Below are positions 17,658 through 26,831 of a stretch of 64,000 nt of DNA, one piece after another (position 1 is the stretch's first letter; the number at the start of each line of letters is the position of its first letter). The stretch comes from a bacterium (GTDB taxonomy: Bacteria > SZUA-79 > Acidulodesulfobacterales > Acidulodesulfobacteraceae): positions 46,508 through 110,507 of the forward strand of contig JAJZXJ010000002.1 in assembly GCA_021802425.1 (NCBI GenBank). The letters are read 5' to 3'. A model generated the notes under the pieces. It was not told where the DNA came from. It was given only the letters and a program-made list of their open reading frames with translations, and ran no database searches. The translations under genes and the position numbers were made by a program.

Positions 17658-20600
17658 TTATTTAATATTGCCTGAATTCATTTGCCCAAGTTTCCATTTT
17701 TTCCAGATAAGATATAATGTCGGCAATAAAAGCAGGTTAAGTATCGTAGCCGTGATCATCCCGCCGACCATAGGCGACGCTATAAACTTTGTCATTCTTG
17801 CTCCCGTGCCGTAGGCGAACATTGCGGGAAGAAGTCCGACGATGATGGACATTGCCGTCATAACGATAGGGCGGAGCCTTATTATCGAGCCTTTAATTAC
17901 TATCTGCTCTATGTCGGCACCGGCTTCGTAATAATTATGAAACGTAAGCTCCAGTATGGAAATCATAACCACGCCTATTTCCGTAGATACCCCCATTGCG
18001 GCAATGATGCCGACCCATACGGCGATAGACATCGTTATATGCATAAGGTAAAGATACCAGAACGCCCCGACTAACGCAAACGGTATCGAAAAAAGCGCCA
18101 GAAGCGATAACGGTATGGATTTAAAATTAAAATATATTAAAAGGAAGATAATAAATATGGTTATGGGAATTATGACCATAAGCTTATTGTTTGCCCTTTT
18201 GAGGGATTTATATTCGCCGCTTATAGTATATGTATAGCCCTTGGGAAATTTAACATATTTATTAATCATTTTTTTAGCGTTTTTTGCCCATAATACCATA
18301 TTGGACGTGTTTAAAGTTATATCGACGGTGTCGTCCGGCGTTCCTCCCTGCGAAGATACGAAAGACGGGCCCAGTTCATACTTTATAGATGCAAGTTCCT
18401 TTAAAGGTATGAATCCGCCGTCGGTTTTTACGAGTATGTTTCCCAGAGATTTTAAATTATTTCTATAAGCGTAAGGGTATCTGACCGAAAGCGGATAACG
18501 GGCTAATCCGTCGTAAATAGTGCTTATCGTTTTACCGCCCGCAGAGGAGTCTATAGCTTCGTTTATGTTTTTAAGCGATATTCCGTAAAAACCCATAGCG
18601 TCGGCATTCGGCTTAATTACTATATACGGTCTGTTATAAACCCTTTCGGCATAAGCGCTCAATGTTCCCTTTACCATAGAAGCGGCTCCGGCAACTTTTT
18701 CCGCCAACTTTTGCAGTGTTTTTACGTTAGAACCGTATATTTTTATTCCTATAGGCGTCCTTAAACCGGCAGACGTCATTTCTATCCTGTTTTTAATGGG
18801 CATAGTCCACACGTTTTCGATGCCGGGTATATTTAACGCTTTATTCATTTTATTTATCAGCTTTCTTACGGTCATGCCGGCCGGCCAATATTTTCTTCTC
18901 TTTAAAACGATCGTAGTTTCGGTCATACTTAAAGACGAAGGATCAAAAGCCGTATTTGCCCTGCCCGCTTTTCCGGTAACCATTTTTACTTCCGGAAATT
19001 TTTTAATTATCCTGTCTTCTACTTGCAAAAGCTGCGCCGCATCCGTATATGAATAACCCGGGGTCGATGAAGGCATATATAAGAGCGTTCCTTCGTTTAA
19101 GGGCGGCATAAACTGCGAGCCGAGCTGGACGAACGCAAAGTATCCGCTTGCCAAAACGACAAACAGCATAGCCAAAAATACGTTCCTATGCTTCATAACG
19201 AATTTTAAAACGGGCGAGTACAAAAAAACTAAAAATCTGTTTATAGGATTTTTGTCTAAAGGCATTATCCTGCCTTTAATCAGATAAACCATAAGAATAG
19301 GCACGAATATAACGGATAGAACAGCCGCAAAAATCATCGAAAATGTTTTAGTGTATGCTAAAGGTCTGAACAATGCGCCTACTTCGCCGGTTAAAAAGAA
19401 AATCGGCAGAAATCCGACCGCTATAATAATAAGCGAGTAAAAAAGCGGCTTACCCATCTCTTTTGCCGAATCCACGACACAGAGTTTTCTCGCCTCTTCC
19501 TTATTTTCCATACCGCCGTGCGGGCATTTTTCGGGTGCGCATTCTAAAATTTCCAGATGCGCATGGGCGTTTTCGATCATTACTATAGCGGAATCGGTCA
19601 TTGCGCCGATTGCAAGCGCTATGCCGGAGAGGGACATTATATTTGCGCTTATGCGAAGCATGTACATAAGCAGAAATGCCCCGAGAATAGCAAACGGAAT
19701 CATTATAACTATAACTAAGGACGACCTTAAATGAAACAGGAAAAGCATAATAACGAAGATAACTATTAAAACTATCATAATAAGCGTGGTTTTAAGCGTC
19801 GAGACGGAAGCGGCGATAAGGGTGCTCTGATCGTATGTAGTTATTATTTTTGCGCCTTTCGGGAGGGAGTTTTTAAGCTCTTTGAGTTTATTCTTTACGG
19901 CGGCGATTACTTTCAGCGTATCCGATCCCTGGTCTTTTATTACGACTCCGCCTATCATCTGTCCTTTGCCGTTTAAATCCGATATAGAGCGGCTTGAAGC
20001 AGGCACTAATTGAACCGTTCCTATGTTTTTGACTAAAACAGGCGTGTGAGCTGCCGTCTCCCCTACGACGATATTTCGTATCTGTTTTAAATTATGAAGA
20101 TAACCCCTGACATAGATTAAATGGCTTACCCCCGACGAAGAGTTTATAATCCTTGCCCCGTTATCGGAGTTGGAAGACTTTATATTATTAATTACCCGAG
20201 ATAACGATACATTATAATACTGAAGCGCTTTGGGATTAATCGTAACCTGATATTCTTTATTCCAGCCGCCGTAAGTCGCAACCTGCGCCACTCCCGGCAC
20301 GGTTTCTAAGGCGTATCTGAGGAAATACTCCTGATAGGAATATAAATCCGCTAAACTCTGATTATGCACTTTGTCTATTATTGCATACTGGTAAACCCAG
20401 TCCACTCCGTTTGCGTAAGGGCTTAAAACCGGGGAAACACCCGGAGGAAGCAGTTTTTTTGCCTGAGAAAGATATGTCAGTATCTGCGCCCTCGCCCATC
20501 CTAACGATGTCCCTCTTTTAAATACGACCGTAACAAAAGATGTGCCGTACATAGAATTTCCTCTAACCTCTTTAACCCTCGGCGCCGAAATAAGCGAGGA

Positions 20601-20810
20601 CTCTATGGGGTAGGTTACCTGAAGCTGGACTATGTTCGGCGGCTGTCCCTGCCACGCCGTTTTGATAATAACCTCTGAAGGCGCTATATCGGGAAGTGCG
20701 TTAAGCCTTATGTTGTAAATTGCGTAAACCCCGCCGAGCCCCAGAAACAGCATAAAAACAAAAACTAAAAACTGATTATTTATGCAGTAATCTATTATTT
20801 TATTTATCAT
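17658..20810 (-). CDS. cusA: CusA-type heavy-metal (Cu(I)/Ag(I)) RND efflux pump
   Basis: 1050 aa with HME-RND architecture. The three Met positions of the CusA metal site appear conserved (LYMPSS, LSMTETT, RIEMTSAG) when aligned from memory to E. coli CusA M573/M623/M672. Confidence 0.85.
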   Translation of the reverse strand: MINKIIDYCINNQFLVFVFMLFLGLGGVYAIYNIRLNALPDIAPSEVIIKTAWQGQPPNIVQLQVTYPIESSLISAPRVKEVRGNSMYGTSFVTVVFKRGTSLGWARAQILTYLSQAKKLLPPGVSPVLSPYANGVDWVYQYAIIDKVHNQSLADLYSYQEYFLRYALETVPGVAQVATYGGWNKEYQVTINPKALQYYNVSLSRVINNIKSSNSDNGARIINSSSGVSHLIYVRGYLHNLKQIRNIVVGETAAHTPVLVKNIGTVQLVPASSRSISDLNGKGQMIGGVVIKDQGSDTLKVIAAVKNKLKELKNSLPKGAKIITTYDQSTLIAASVSTLKTTLIMIVLIVIFVIMLFLFHLRSSLVIVIMIPFAILGAFLLMYMLRISANIMSLSGIALAIGAMTDSAIVMIENAHAHLEILECAPEKCPHGGMENKEEARKLCVVDSAKEMGKPLFYSLIIIAVGFLPIFFLTGEVGALFRPLAYTKTFSMIFAAVLSVIFVPILMVYLIKGRIMPLDKNPINRFLVFLYSPVLKFVMKHRNVFLAMLFVVLASGYFAFVQLGSQFMPPLNEGTLLYMPSSTPGYSYTDAAQLLQVEDRIIKKFPEVKMVTGKAGRANTAFDPSSLSMTETTIVLKRRKYWPAGMTVRKLINKMNKALNIPGIENVWTMPIKNRIEMTSAGLRTPIGIKIYGSNVKTLQKLAEKVAGAASMVKGTLSAYAERVYNRPYIVIKPNADAMGFYGISLKNINEAIDSSAGGKTISTIYDGLARYPLSVRYPYAYRNNLKSLGNILVKTDGGFIPLKELASIKYELGPSFVSSQGGTPDDTVDITLNTSNMVLWAKNAKKMINKYVKFPKGYTYTISGEYKSLKRANNKLMVIIPITIFIIFLLIYFNFKSIPLSLLALFSIPFALVGAFWYLYLMHITMSIAVWVGIIAAMGVSTEIGVVMISILELTFHNYYEAGADIEQIVIKGSIIRLRPIVMTAMSIIVGLLPAMFAYGTGARMTKFIASPMVGGMITATILNLLLLPTLYLIWKKWKLGQMNSGNIK

Positions 20811-20889
20811 AAGTATTCTCCGGTATTTTAAGTAACATCTTAATATTAATATTAAATTTTAATTTTATTACTCTTAAAGCTTGCTTTTG

Positions 20890-22221
20890 TCACATTCCGG
20901 GCATACCGGTCATAGAAGAAGTCTTTTTTGGCCGGCCCGAGTTGTTTGATATTGCCTGCGTTCCTGCCGTAGAAGAAGTCTTTTGCGATAAATTTGAATT
21001 GTTTGACATTCCAGACATTCCCGGCATTCCCGCCATAGAACCGGTAGCCTGCGATAGATTGGAGTCGCTCGACATAAGGAATGTTCCCGATACGACGATT
21101 CTCTCGCCGTTTTTTAAGCCCGATATTACCGGATAGTAATCGCCGTATCTTGTCCCTATAACGACATATTTCGGCATAAAATATCCTTTTCCTTTATAAA
21201 CGAAAACCAGCGGTTTTGCCCCCGTAATAAGAACGGCGGATGTCGGAACCGCAATAACCTTTTCGCTTTTAATCATAATTTCGGCATTTCCGTACATATC
21301 AGGTTTTATTTCGCCGTTTGAATTGTTAAAAACAAGCCTGACCTCGTCAACCCTTTTTTTGCTGGCAAGATAAGGGTAAATAAACGAAACCCTGCCGTAA
21401 AATACCCGCCCTGGATAAGCGTTAAATGTTACCTTTACCGTTGCCCCCGTCTTTACGAAAGGCATATCCTTTTCATAAACCAATATGTTCATCCATACGC
21501 GGCTTAGTCCGGCCAGTTTATAAAGCGGCTGTCCCGCATTAAAATAACTTCCGGAAAAAATAGATTTTTTCAAGAAGACGCCGTTTACCGGCGAGTAAAC
21601 GGTAGTATTCGTCAATATAAGCCTTCCCGTTTTTAATAAGTTCAACTGGCTGTTTGTTATGCCTAACCGTTTGAGCCTGAAGACGGATGAGTTTAAAAAG
21701 GCTTTAGCCTCTTTTATTCCGAAATTAAAGCCCGATTTTTTTAATTTTTTATAGTTTTTATAGGCAAGCATAAAATCTTTTTCGCTGTTGACTAACTCGG
21801 GGCTGTAAACCGTAAAAAGAGGCTCCCCCTTATAAACGCTCATGCCGGGTTTATTTATAAAGAGATTTTTGACATAACCGCCGTATTTCAATGTTACGGT
21901 TTGTTCTAAAGGAACGCTGTAGGCAACCTCGCCTATGGTTTTAATTTTTCTTGTTAATTTCATTAATTTTGCTTTTCCGACTTTTATGCCGTAAAGCTGT
22001 CTTTGAAGCGTGCTTACCATTACCCCGCCTTTTGCCATTTGAGCTCCGCTGACCTTCGGTTCCATTTTAGGTTTTGCGTTTACGCTTTTTCCGGCGGGAA
22101 TCCGGTTATCCGTTCCGGTAAATATACCCGTATTTTTAAAAATTATAACCGTAACAATGCCGCCGAGAATAAAGGCGGATAAAAATATCAATATATTTTT
22201 AGCGTTTTTTGAAACTTTCAT
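20890..22221 (-). CDS. cusB: RND periplasmic adaptor (CusB-like) with a Met-rich C-terminal tail
   Basis: N-terminal anchor with lipoyl/beta-barrel adaptor blocks. The tail reads SNLSQATGSMAGMPGMSGMSNNSNLSQKTSSTAGT...TSSMTGMPGM. Confidence 0.8.
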   Translation of the reverse strand: MKVSKNAKNILIFLSAFILGGIVTVIIFKNTGIFTGTDNRIPAGKSVNAKPKMEPKVSGAQMAKGGVMVSTLQRQLYGIKVGKAKLMKLTRKIKTIGEVAYSVPLEQTVTLKYGGYVKNLFINKPGMSVYKGEPLFTVYSPELVNSEKDFMLAYKNYKKLKKSGFNFGIKEAKAFLNSSVFRLKRLGITNSQLNLLKTGRLILTNTTVYSPVNGVFLKKSIFSGSYFNAGQPLYKLAGLSRVWMNILVYEKDMPFVKTGATVKVTFNAYPGRVFYGRVSFIYPYLASKKRVDEVRLVFNNSNGEIKPDMYGNAEIMIKSEKVIAVPTSAVLITGAKPLVFVYKGKGYFMPKYVVIGTRYGDYYPVISGLKNGERIVVSGTFLMSSDSNLSQATGSMAGMPGMSGMSNNSNLSQKTSSTAGTQAISNNSGRPKKTSSMTGMPGM

Positions 22222-22248
22222 TTAATTAACCCCTTAATTTTTTGATTT

Positions 22249-23571
22249 TTATTGTATTTTCCCCATAATTTGTTCGAGCCGCGATTTGTCTATATAATAT
22301 TTTGCGTTATAGATATCCATTTCGAACTCCGCGTCGATTAACTTTCTGAAACTGTCTAACAGCGGGAATGCGGACGACCTTTTCACCCCGAAAGATGCTG
22401 TTTCGGCTTTAAAAAGAAGCTTTGCTTCAGGAATATATAAACTTTTGTACAATTTGTAATTGTTTTTGTTTAAACGCATATCTTTCACATATACGCTAAT
22501 GTTTTTTATAATTTGCAACTTTTCCCAGCTAATATCGTAAATAGACGAAAGCCTGTCCTTTTCGGCTTTATTTATTAAAGGTTTCTGATAGGAGTTAAAA
22601 TATACGGGCAGGGATAACCCGACCGAAGCCGATAAAACTGGGACCATCGAATATCTGTCTCCGTAACCGGCTTTGAGGTAAAAATCGGGAAGATAAGATT
22701 CCTTTGCGTATGCGGTTTCATAATCCGATTTTTTGGCGAGATATTTTAACGATTTTAATTCCGGATTAAATTTATATGCCGTTTTTATATATTCTTTTTC
22801 GTTTAATTCACCTTCTGGAGACATGCCCGTTTTTACCCCTTTTCTTACCCCCGATATCTTCGGCAGGACGGCGCGGTCAAATTTAATATACGAAGATTTT
22901 AGTCCCGTGAGTTCGCCCAATAAATAAATTAATTTAGCTTTAGCCCTGCTTAGCGTAAGCAGTTTCGATTTCAACGATGCATCTTCCAGCATAGTCCTGA
23001 TATAAGCCGGAGCGGAAGCGCTTCCCGTGCCGTATTTCTGGGAAATATCTTTAAGGATTATATTTAAAAGCAGCCTGTTATATTTCACTACGGCAATCTG
23101 TTTTTCTAACAAAGCAAGATTATAATAGCTTTCCTTGACCAAATAAGCGGTATTAATTTTTAATGCCCTTGTTTTTGCTTTTGACGACATATAAGAATAC
23201 TTATTTATTTGGCTTTTCGTTTCGAGTTTCGAAGGAAAAGGTATCTTCTGGCTTATACTGAAGCCGATATCGCTCATCCCATTAACCCCGATTCCGGGAT
23301 TATTAAACCCGTTTGCATCGGTAAGCCCTATTCCTGCCACTGGTTCCGGAAGGGCTTTTGCAATAGCAATTTCTTCTTTGCGCCCTTCGGTCTTCAGAGC
23401 GGACGAAGTTATTTCCGGATTTTTCAAGGCATTTTTTATAAGCATTTTTAAAGACAGTGTACCTGCCGCATAAGACCTGCCGCCGTAGAAGATTAAACCT
23501 GTTAAAATGACAAAGAAAGAAAGCAAAATTAAAACCTTCCGCTTTAACCCGCATAAATTAAATATATTCAT
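22249..23571 (-). CDS. cusC: TolC-family outer-membrane factor (CusC/CzcC-like)
   Basis: 440 aa with a signal sequence and a two-repeat OEP-like coiled/barrel pattern. It sits at the head of the C-B-A gene order. Confidence 0.75.
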   Translation of the reverse strand: MNIFNLCGLKRKVLILLSFFVILTGLIFYGGRSYAAGTLSLKMLIKNALKNPEITSSALKTEGRKEEIAIAKALPEPVAGIGLTDANGFNNPGIGVNGMSDIGFSISQKIPFPSKLETKSQINKYSYMSSKAKTRALKINTAYLVKESYYNLALLEKQIAVVKYNRLLLNIILKDISQKYGTGSASAPAYIRTMLEDASLKSKLLTLSRAKAKLIYLLGELTGLKSSYIKFDRAVLPKISGVRKGVKTGMSPEGELNEKEYIKTAYKFNPELKSLKYLAKKSDYETAYAKESYLPDFYLKAGYGDRYSMVPVLSASVGLSLPVYFNSYQKPLINKAEKDRLSSIYDISWEKLQIIKNISVYVKDMRLNKNNYKLYKSLYIPEAKLLFKAETASFGVKRSSAFPLLDSFRKLIDAEFEMDIYNAKYYIDKSRLEQIMGKIQ

Positions 23572-23599
23572 ATTATTTATTCTCCATAATTAATATAAA

Positions 23600-23679
23600 A
23601 CCCTAACCCTGCACGAGAACTTCGCTTAATCCTCCACCACGCCTTGCAGGCGATAGCGTAAGGGGTGCAGGATTAGGGT
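23600..23679. repeat. Long inverted repeat / stem-loop between the cytochrome c gene and cusC
   Basis: accctaaccctgcac (23600-23614) pairs with gtgcaggattagggt (23665-23679) at 14 of 15 positions, enclosing about 50 nt. The interior contains gagaacttcgcttaatcc, which is reminiscent of the gagagcgaagcgttaatcc block of the flanking repeats. Confidence 0.5.
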
Positions 23680-23702
23680 AAAATTTGAAATAATCTTTTC
23701 TA

Positions 23703-24242
23703 TTATTTTAAGGATGCGAGATACTTTGCCAGTATGCCGATATTCTTTGAGGACATATTTTTAAAAGAAGGCATAACAGCCCTGTATTTAACCCCGTTTA
23801 AAGTTACCACGCTGTTTCTCTTAAAATGCGCGGAAGGGTCGGCTATCTGGGTCGCAATCCATGAAAAACTTCTTATAGAGCCGATATGCGATAGATTGGG
23901 CGCATCGTTACCGCCGGCACCTAAGCCGTTTATCGTATGACACATAAAACAGCCTTCATAATGGAACAAGGCCGGTCCGGTTTTTACGCCTTTATACTGT
24001 GGAAACATTTTGTGTCCCATGCTGTTTACCTTTTTTCCAGTCATGTTATTGCCCATTCCCATCATTCCCATCATTCCGTTATTGCCGCCCGTCATGCCCA
24101 TCATGCCGCTGTTGCCGGCCGCTCCGTTCGCGCCCTGGCCGTAACCGTTTCCGCTAAATAAATAAATTCCTGCAATGACTAACAGTACCGATAATATCGA
24201 AACAATTACAAATTTTTTGTTATGCAAATATTTTGTTTTCAT
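23703..24242 (-). CDS. Membrane-anchored class-I c-type cytochrome with a Met/Gly-rich linker
   Basis: N-terminal TM helix, then GNSGMMGMTGGNNGMMGMMGMGNNMTG, then the haem motif CFMCH and a distal-ligand-like AVMPSF. Confidence 0.75.
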   Translation of the reverse strand: MKTKYLHNKKFVIVSILSVLLVIAGIYLFSGNGYGQGANGAAGNSGMMGMTGGNNGMMGMMGMGNNMTGKKVNSMGHKMFPQYKGVKTGPALFHYEGCFMCHTINGLGAGGNDAPNLSHIGSIRSFSWIATQIADPSAHFKRNSVVTLNGVKYRAVMPSFKNMSSKNIGILAKYLASLK

Positions 24243-24422
24243 AAAGAACTCCCTTCTTGTAATTTAATAATTTAATTATGTTAATTTTAAATTTGCGCGC
24301 ATCTTAAACATAAACATAGGATGATAACATAAGATATAATAATAGATAAAACTATAGCGGATTATATCTTAAGCTGACGAACTTATGTTCGATGCATTCG
24401 CGATAAAGATTGGCTGTTTAAT

Positions 24423-24866
24423 TTAACTAAATAAGGTAAGGCTGTTTTGAGGGGGATGGGGTATATCGGAAGAAAAATGTTTAATATAGGATTTTCCAGG
24501 GGATGAGATTGTTTTAACAAAACTACCGTAATCAAATGATGCGGGATAATAAGCGGTCGGTAAATTCTGACATTCTATGCAGGTTATATAAGACTCTAAA
24601 TTTAACTTATTGGAATGCGGCGAAACGGTTTTTAAAAAAGATAGCGGGGATGCTTTTTTCACCCCTTGCGCAGGTTTTCCCGCCGCCTGTCCCGCCTGCA
24701 TCATATTCATAGACATTCCCGCCTGCATCGGGGACATAATCATCGGGATATTAAACATATAGCTTATATCCGCAGCCGCGATTAGATAAAAAATAGCAAT
24801 AGCGGCAAGAGGAAAAAATAGAAAAAACTTATATTTTTTATTCAAAAAATATTTATTGTTTTTCAT
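24423..24866 (-). CDS. Small membrane-anchored Met-rich protein of unknown function
   Basis: Start trimmed to MKNNKYF. The longer ORF (to 24935) runs into the intergenic repeat. It has a TM segment, then MFNIPMIMSPMQAGMSMNMMQAGQAAG, and later a CIEC pair. I recognise no family. Confidence 0.45.
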   Translation of the reverse strand: MKNNKYFLNKKYKFFLFFPLAAIAIFYLIAAADISYMFNIPMIMSPMQAGMSMNMMQAGQAAGKPAQGVKKASPLSFLKTVSPHSNKLNLESYITCIECQNLPTAYYPASFDYGSFVKTISSPGKSYIKHFSSDIPHPPQNSLTLFS

Positions 24867-24914
24867 AATTACACATATATTACATAAACTACTCCCCAAA
24901 GTCAAGACTAAAAT

Positions 24915-25101
24915 TTCACCTGTTGGGTGTCCCAACCCCCTTCAGCGGGAAAGTTTAGGATAAACTTCACATATAGGAGGCACGCGTTGAAAGGCGCACG
25001 CCGCCTTTGCGTGCCGGAGATGCCGAAGTGCGAGAGCGAAGCGTTAATCCAGTGCTATTTAGTATTAGAACTTATAAATATTTTCTAAATCGGGATTGGG
25101 G
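24915..25101. repeat. Second (partial) copy of the structured repeat (copy B)
   Basis: Shares three blocks with copy A: tcccaaccc(c/g)cttcagcgggaaagttt, aaacttcac and gtgcgagagcgaagcgttaatccag. Its right end tataaatattttctaaatcgggattgggg (25073-25101) is the exact reverse complement of copy A's left end (17432-17460). No left terminal repeat was found. Confidence 0.55.
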
Positions 25102-25113
25102 CTAAAAAATATG

Positions 25114-25143
25114 TTGACAATTAATTTAATTTTTTGATAAGAT
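25114..25143 (+). promoter_or_regulatory. Possible promoter of the tRNA-tuf operon
   Basis: TTGACA (25114-25119), then 18 nt, then TAAGAT. It lies about 50 nt upstream of the first tRNA. Confidence 0.35.
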
Positions 25144-25192
25144 TAAGGTTTCTAAACTTAAATTGGGTATTTTGCGGGATAAAACAGGCTAA

Positions 25193-25267
25193 GCTGGCGT
25201 AGCTCAATGGTAGAGCAGCTGATTTGTAATCAGCAGGTTGCGGGTTCGATTCCCATCGCCAGCTCCA
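25193..25267 (+). tRNA. tRNA-Thr (anticodon TGT)
   Basis: Hand-folded cloverleaf. Anticodon arm gctga-ttTGTaa-tcagc. CCA is encoded. Confidence 0.9.
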
Positions 25268-25284
25268 TAATTTAAAAGGAAAGC

Positions 25285-25370
25285 GGAGAGGTGCCCGAGC
25301 GGCTAAAGGGAACAGACTGTAAATCTGTCGGCGCGAGTCTACGGAGGTTCGAATCCTCCCCTCTCCACCA
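25285..25370 (+). tRNA. tRNA-Tyr (anticodon GTA)
   Basis: Anticodon arm acaga-ctGTAaa-tctgt with a long variable arm. CCA is encoded. Confidence 0.9.
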
Positions 25371-25423
25371 GTATTATATTAAGGTATTATATTAAAATTC
25401 TTTAAGAAAAGAGGTTTTTCATT

Positions 25424-25500
25424 GCGGGAATAGCTCAGTTGGCTAGAGCGTCAGCCTTCCAAGCTGAGGGTCGCGGGTTCGAATCCCGTTTCCCGCTCCA
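25424..25500 (+). tRNA. tRNA-Gly (anticodon TCC)
   Basis: Anticodon arm tcagc-ctTCCaa-gctga. CCA is encoded. Confidence 0.9.
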
Positions 25501-25513
25501 TATTATAACTTAT

Positions 25514-25588
25514 GCCCATGTAGCTCAGTGGTGGAGCACTTCCTTGGTAAGGAAGAGGCCATCGGTTCAATCCCGATCATGGGCTCCA
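25514..25588 (+). tRNA. tRNA-Thr (anticodon GGT)
   Basis: Anticodon arm cttcc-ttGGTaa-ggaag. CCA is encoded. Confidence 0.9.
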
Positions 25589-25621
25589 TAAAATTATAAA
25601 TTATAATAAATAATTTTTACG

Positions 25622-26831
25622 GGAGGAATTAAATGTCCAAAGAGAAATTTGACAGATCAAAGCCGCATGTCAATATAGGCACGATAGGTCATGTTGACCA
25701 TGGCAAGACCACATTAACCGCCGCCATTACAAAGGTTCTTTCGAGAAAAGGCCAGGCTTCCTTTAAATCGTATGACCAGATTGATAATGCGCCCGAAGAA
25801 AAGGAAAGGGGTATTACGATTGCCACATCCCATGTCGAATATTCTACCGATAAAAGGCACTATGCCCATGTTGACTGTCCGGGACACGCCGACTATGTTA
25901 AGAATATGATTACCGGCGCCGCCCAGATGGACGGAGCCATACTTGTGGTTTCCGCAGCCGACGGCCCTATGCCCCAGACGAGGGAGCATATACTTTTAGC
26001 CCGTCAGGTCGGCGTTCCCTATATAGTCGTATTTTTAAATAAGGTCGATATGGTGGACGACCCCGAACTTCTTGAGCTTGTCGAACTCGAAGTAAGAGAG
26101 CTTTTGACCTCCTATAACTTTCCGGGGGACTCTGTTCCCGTAGTAAAGGGTTCCGCCCTTAAGGCACTCGAGGCGGAGTCGGATAACGAATGGACACAGA
26201 AGATAGTTGATCTTATGAATGCCGTCGATGAATATATTCCGCTTCCGAAAAGAGATATAGATAAGCCGTTCCTTATGCCGGTCGAGGATGTATTTTCCAT
26301 ATCCGGAAGGGGAACCGTTGCAACGGGCAGGGTAGAAAGAGGCATAGTCAAGGTCGGAGATGAAATCGAACTTGTCGGAATACTTCCGACATCCAAAACA
26401 GTCGTAACAGGCGTAGAAATGTTCAGGAAGCTCTTGGACGAAGGACAGGCAGGCGACAACATAGGCGTTCTTTTAAGGGGCAAGAAGCGCGAAGAGGTGG
26501 AAAGGGGCATGGTTTTGTCCAAACCCGGTTCCATAACTCCCCATAAGAGGTTTAAGGTAGAGGCATATGTTCTTACCAAGGAAGAAGGTGGCCGCCATAC
26601 CCCGTTCTTTAACGGCTACCGTCCGCAGTTCTATTTCAGGACTACAGATGTTACCGGGGTTTGCACGCTGCCGGAAGGCGTCGAAATGGTAATGCCTGGA
26701 GACAATGTGTCTATGAGCGTCGAACTCATTACCCCGATAGCCGCCGAAAAGGAATTAAGGTTTGCCATAAGAGAGGGAGGGCACACTGTAGGCGCCGGGG
26801 TTATAACCGAGGTTATAGAGTAATTTAAACA
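25622..26831 (+). repeat. tuf duplication, copy 1 (about 1.21 kb, apparently identical to 42059-43268)
   Basis: The proteins are identical, and so are the off-frame antisense ORF translations (91 aa and 155 aa). Identity starts at ggaggaattaa upstream of the ATG and ends 8 nt after the stop. Confidence 0.85.
25633..26823 (+). CDS. tuf: Elongation factor Tu (copy 1, tufB-like context)
   Basis: [14 protein letters not shown] and NKVD GTPase motifs. 396 aa. It follows the Thr-Tyr-Gly-Thr tRNA cluster. Confidence 0.97.
   Translation: MSKEKFDRSKPHVNIGTIGHVDHGKTTLTAAITKVLSRKGQASFKSYDQIDNAPEEKERGITIATSHVEYSTDKRHYAHVDCPGHADYVKNMITGAAQMDGAILVVSAADGPMPQTREHILLARQVGVPYIVVFLNKVDMVDDPELLELVELEVRELLTSYNFPGDSVPVVKGSALKALEAESDNEWTQKIVDLMNAVDEYIPLPKRDIDKPFLMPVEDVFSISGRGTVATGRVERGIVKVGDEIELVGILPTSKTVVTGVEMFRKLLDEGQAGDNIGVLLRGKKREEVERGMVLSKPGSITPHKRFKVEAYVLTKEEGGRHTPFFNGYRPQFYFRTTDVTGVCTLPEGVEMVMPGDNVSMSVELITPIAAEKELRFAIREGGHTVGAGVITEVIE

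Noticed and set aside
24867-24935. N-terminal 23 codons of the ORF-track model 24423..24935 (MGHPTGEILVLTLGSSLCNICVI...)
   Set aside because: This part runs into the intergenic repeat (copy B) and has no ribosome-binding context. The internal MKNNKYF start, followed by a TM helix, is a more plausible gene start.
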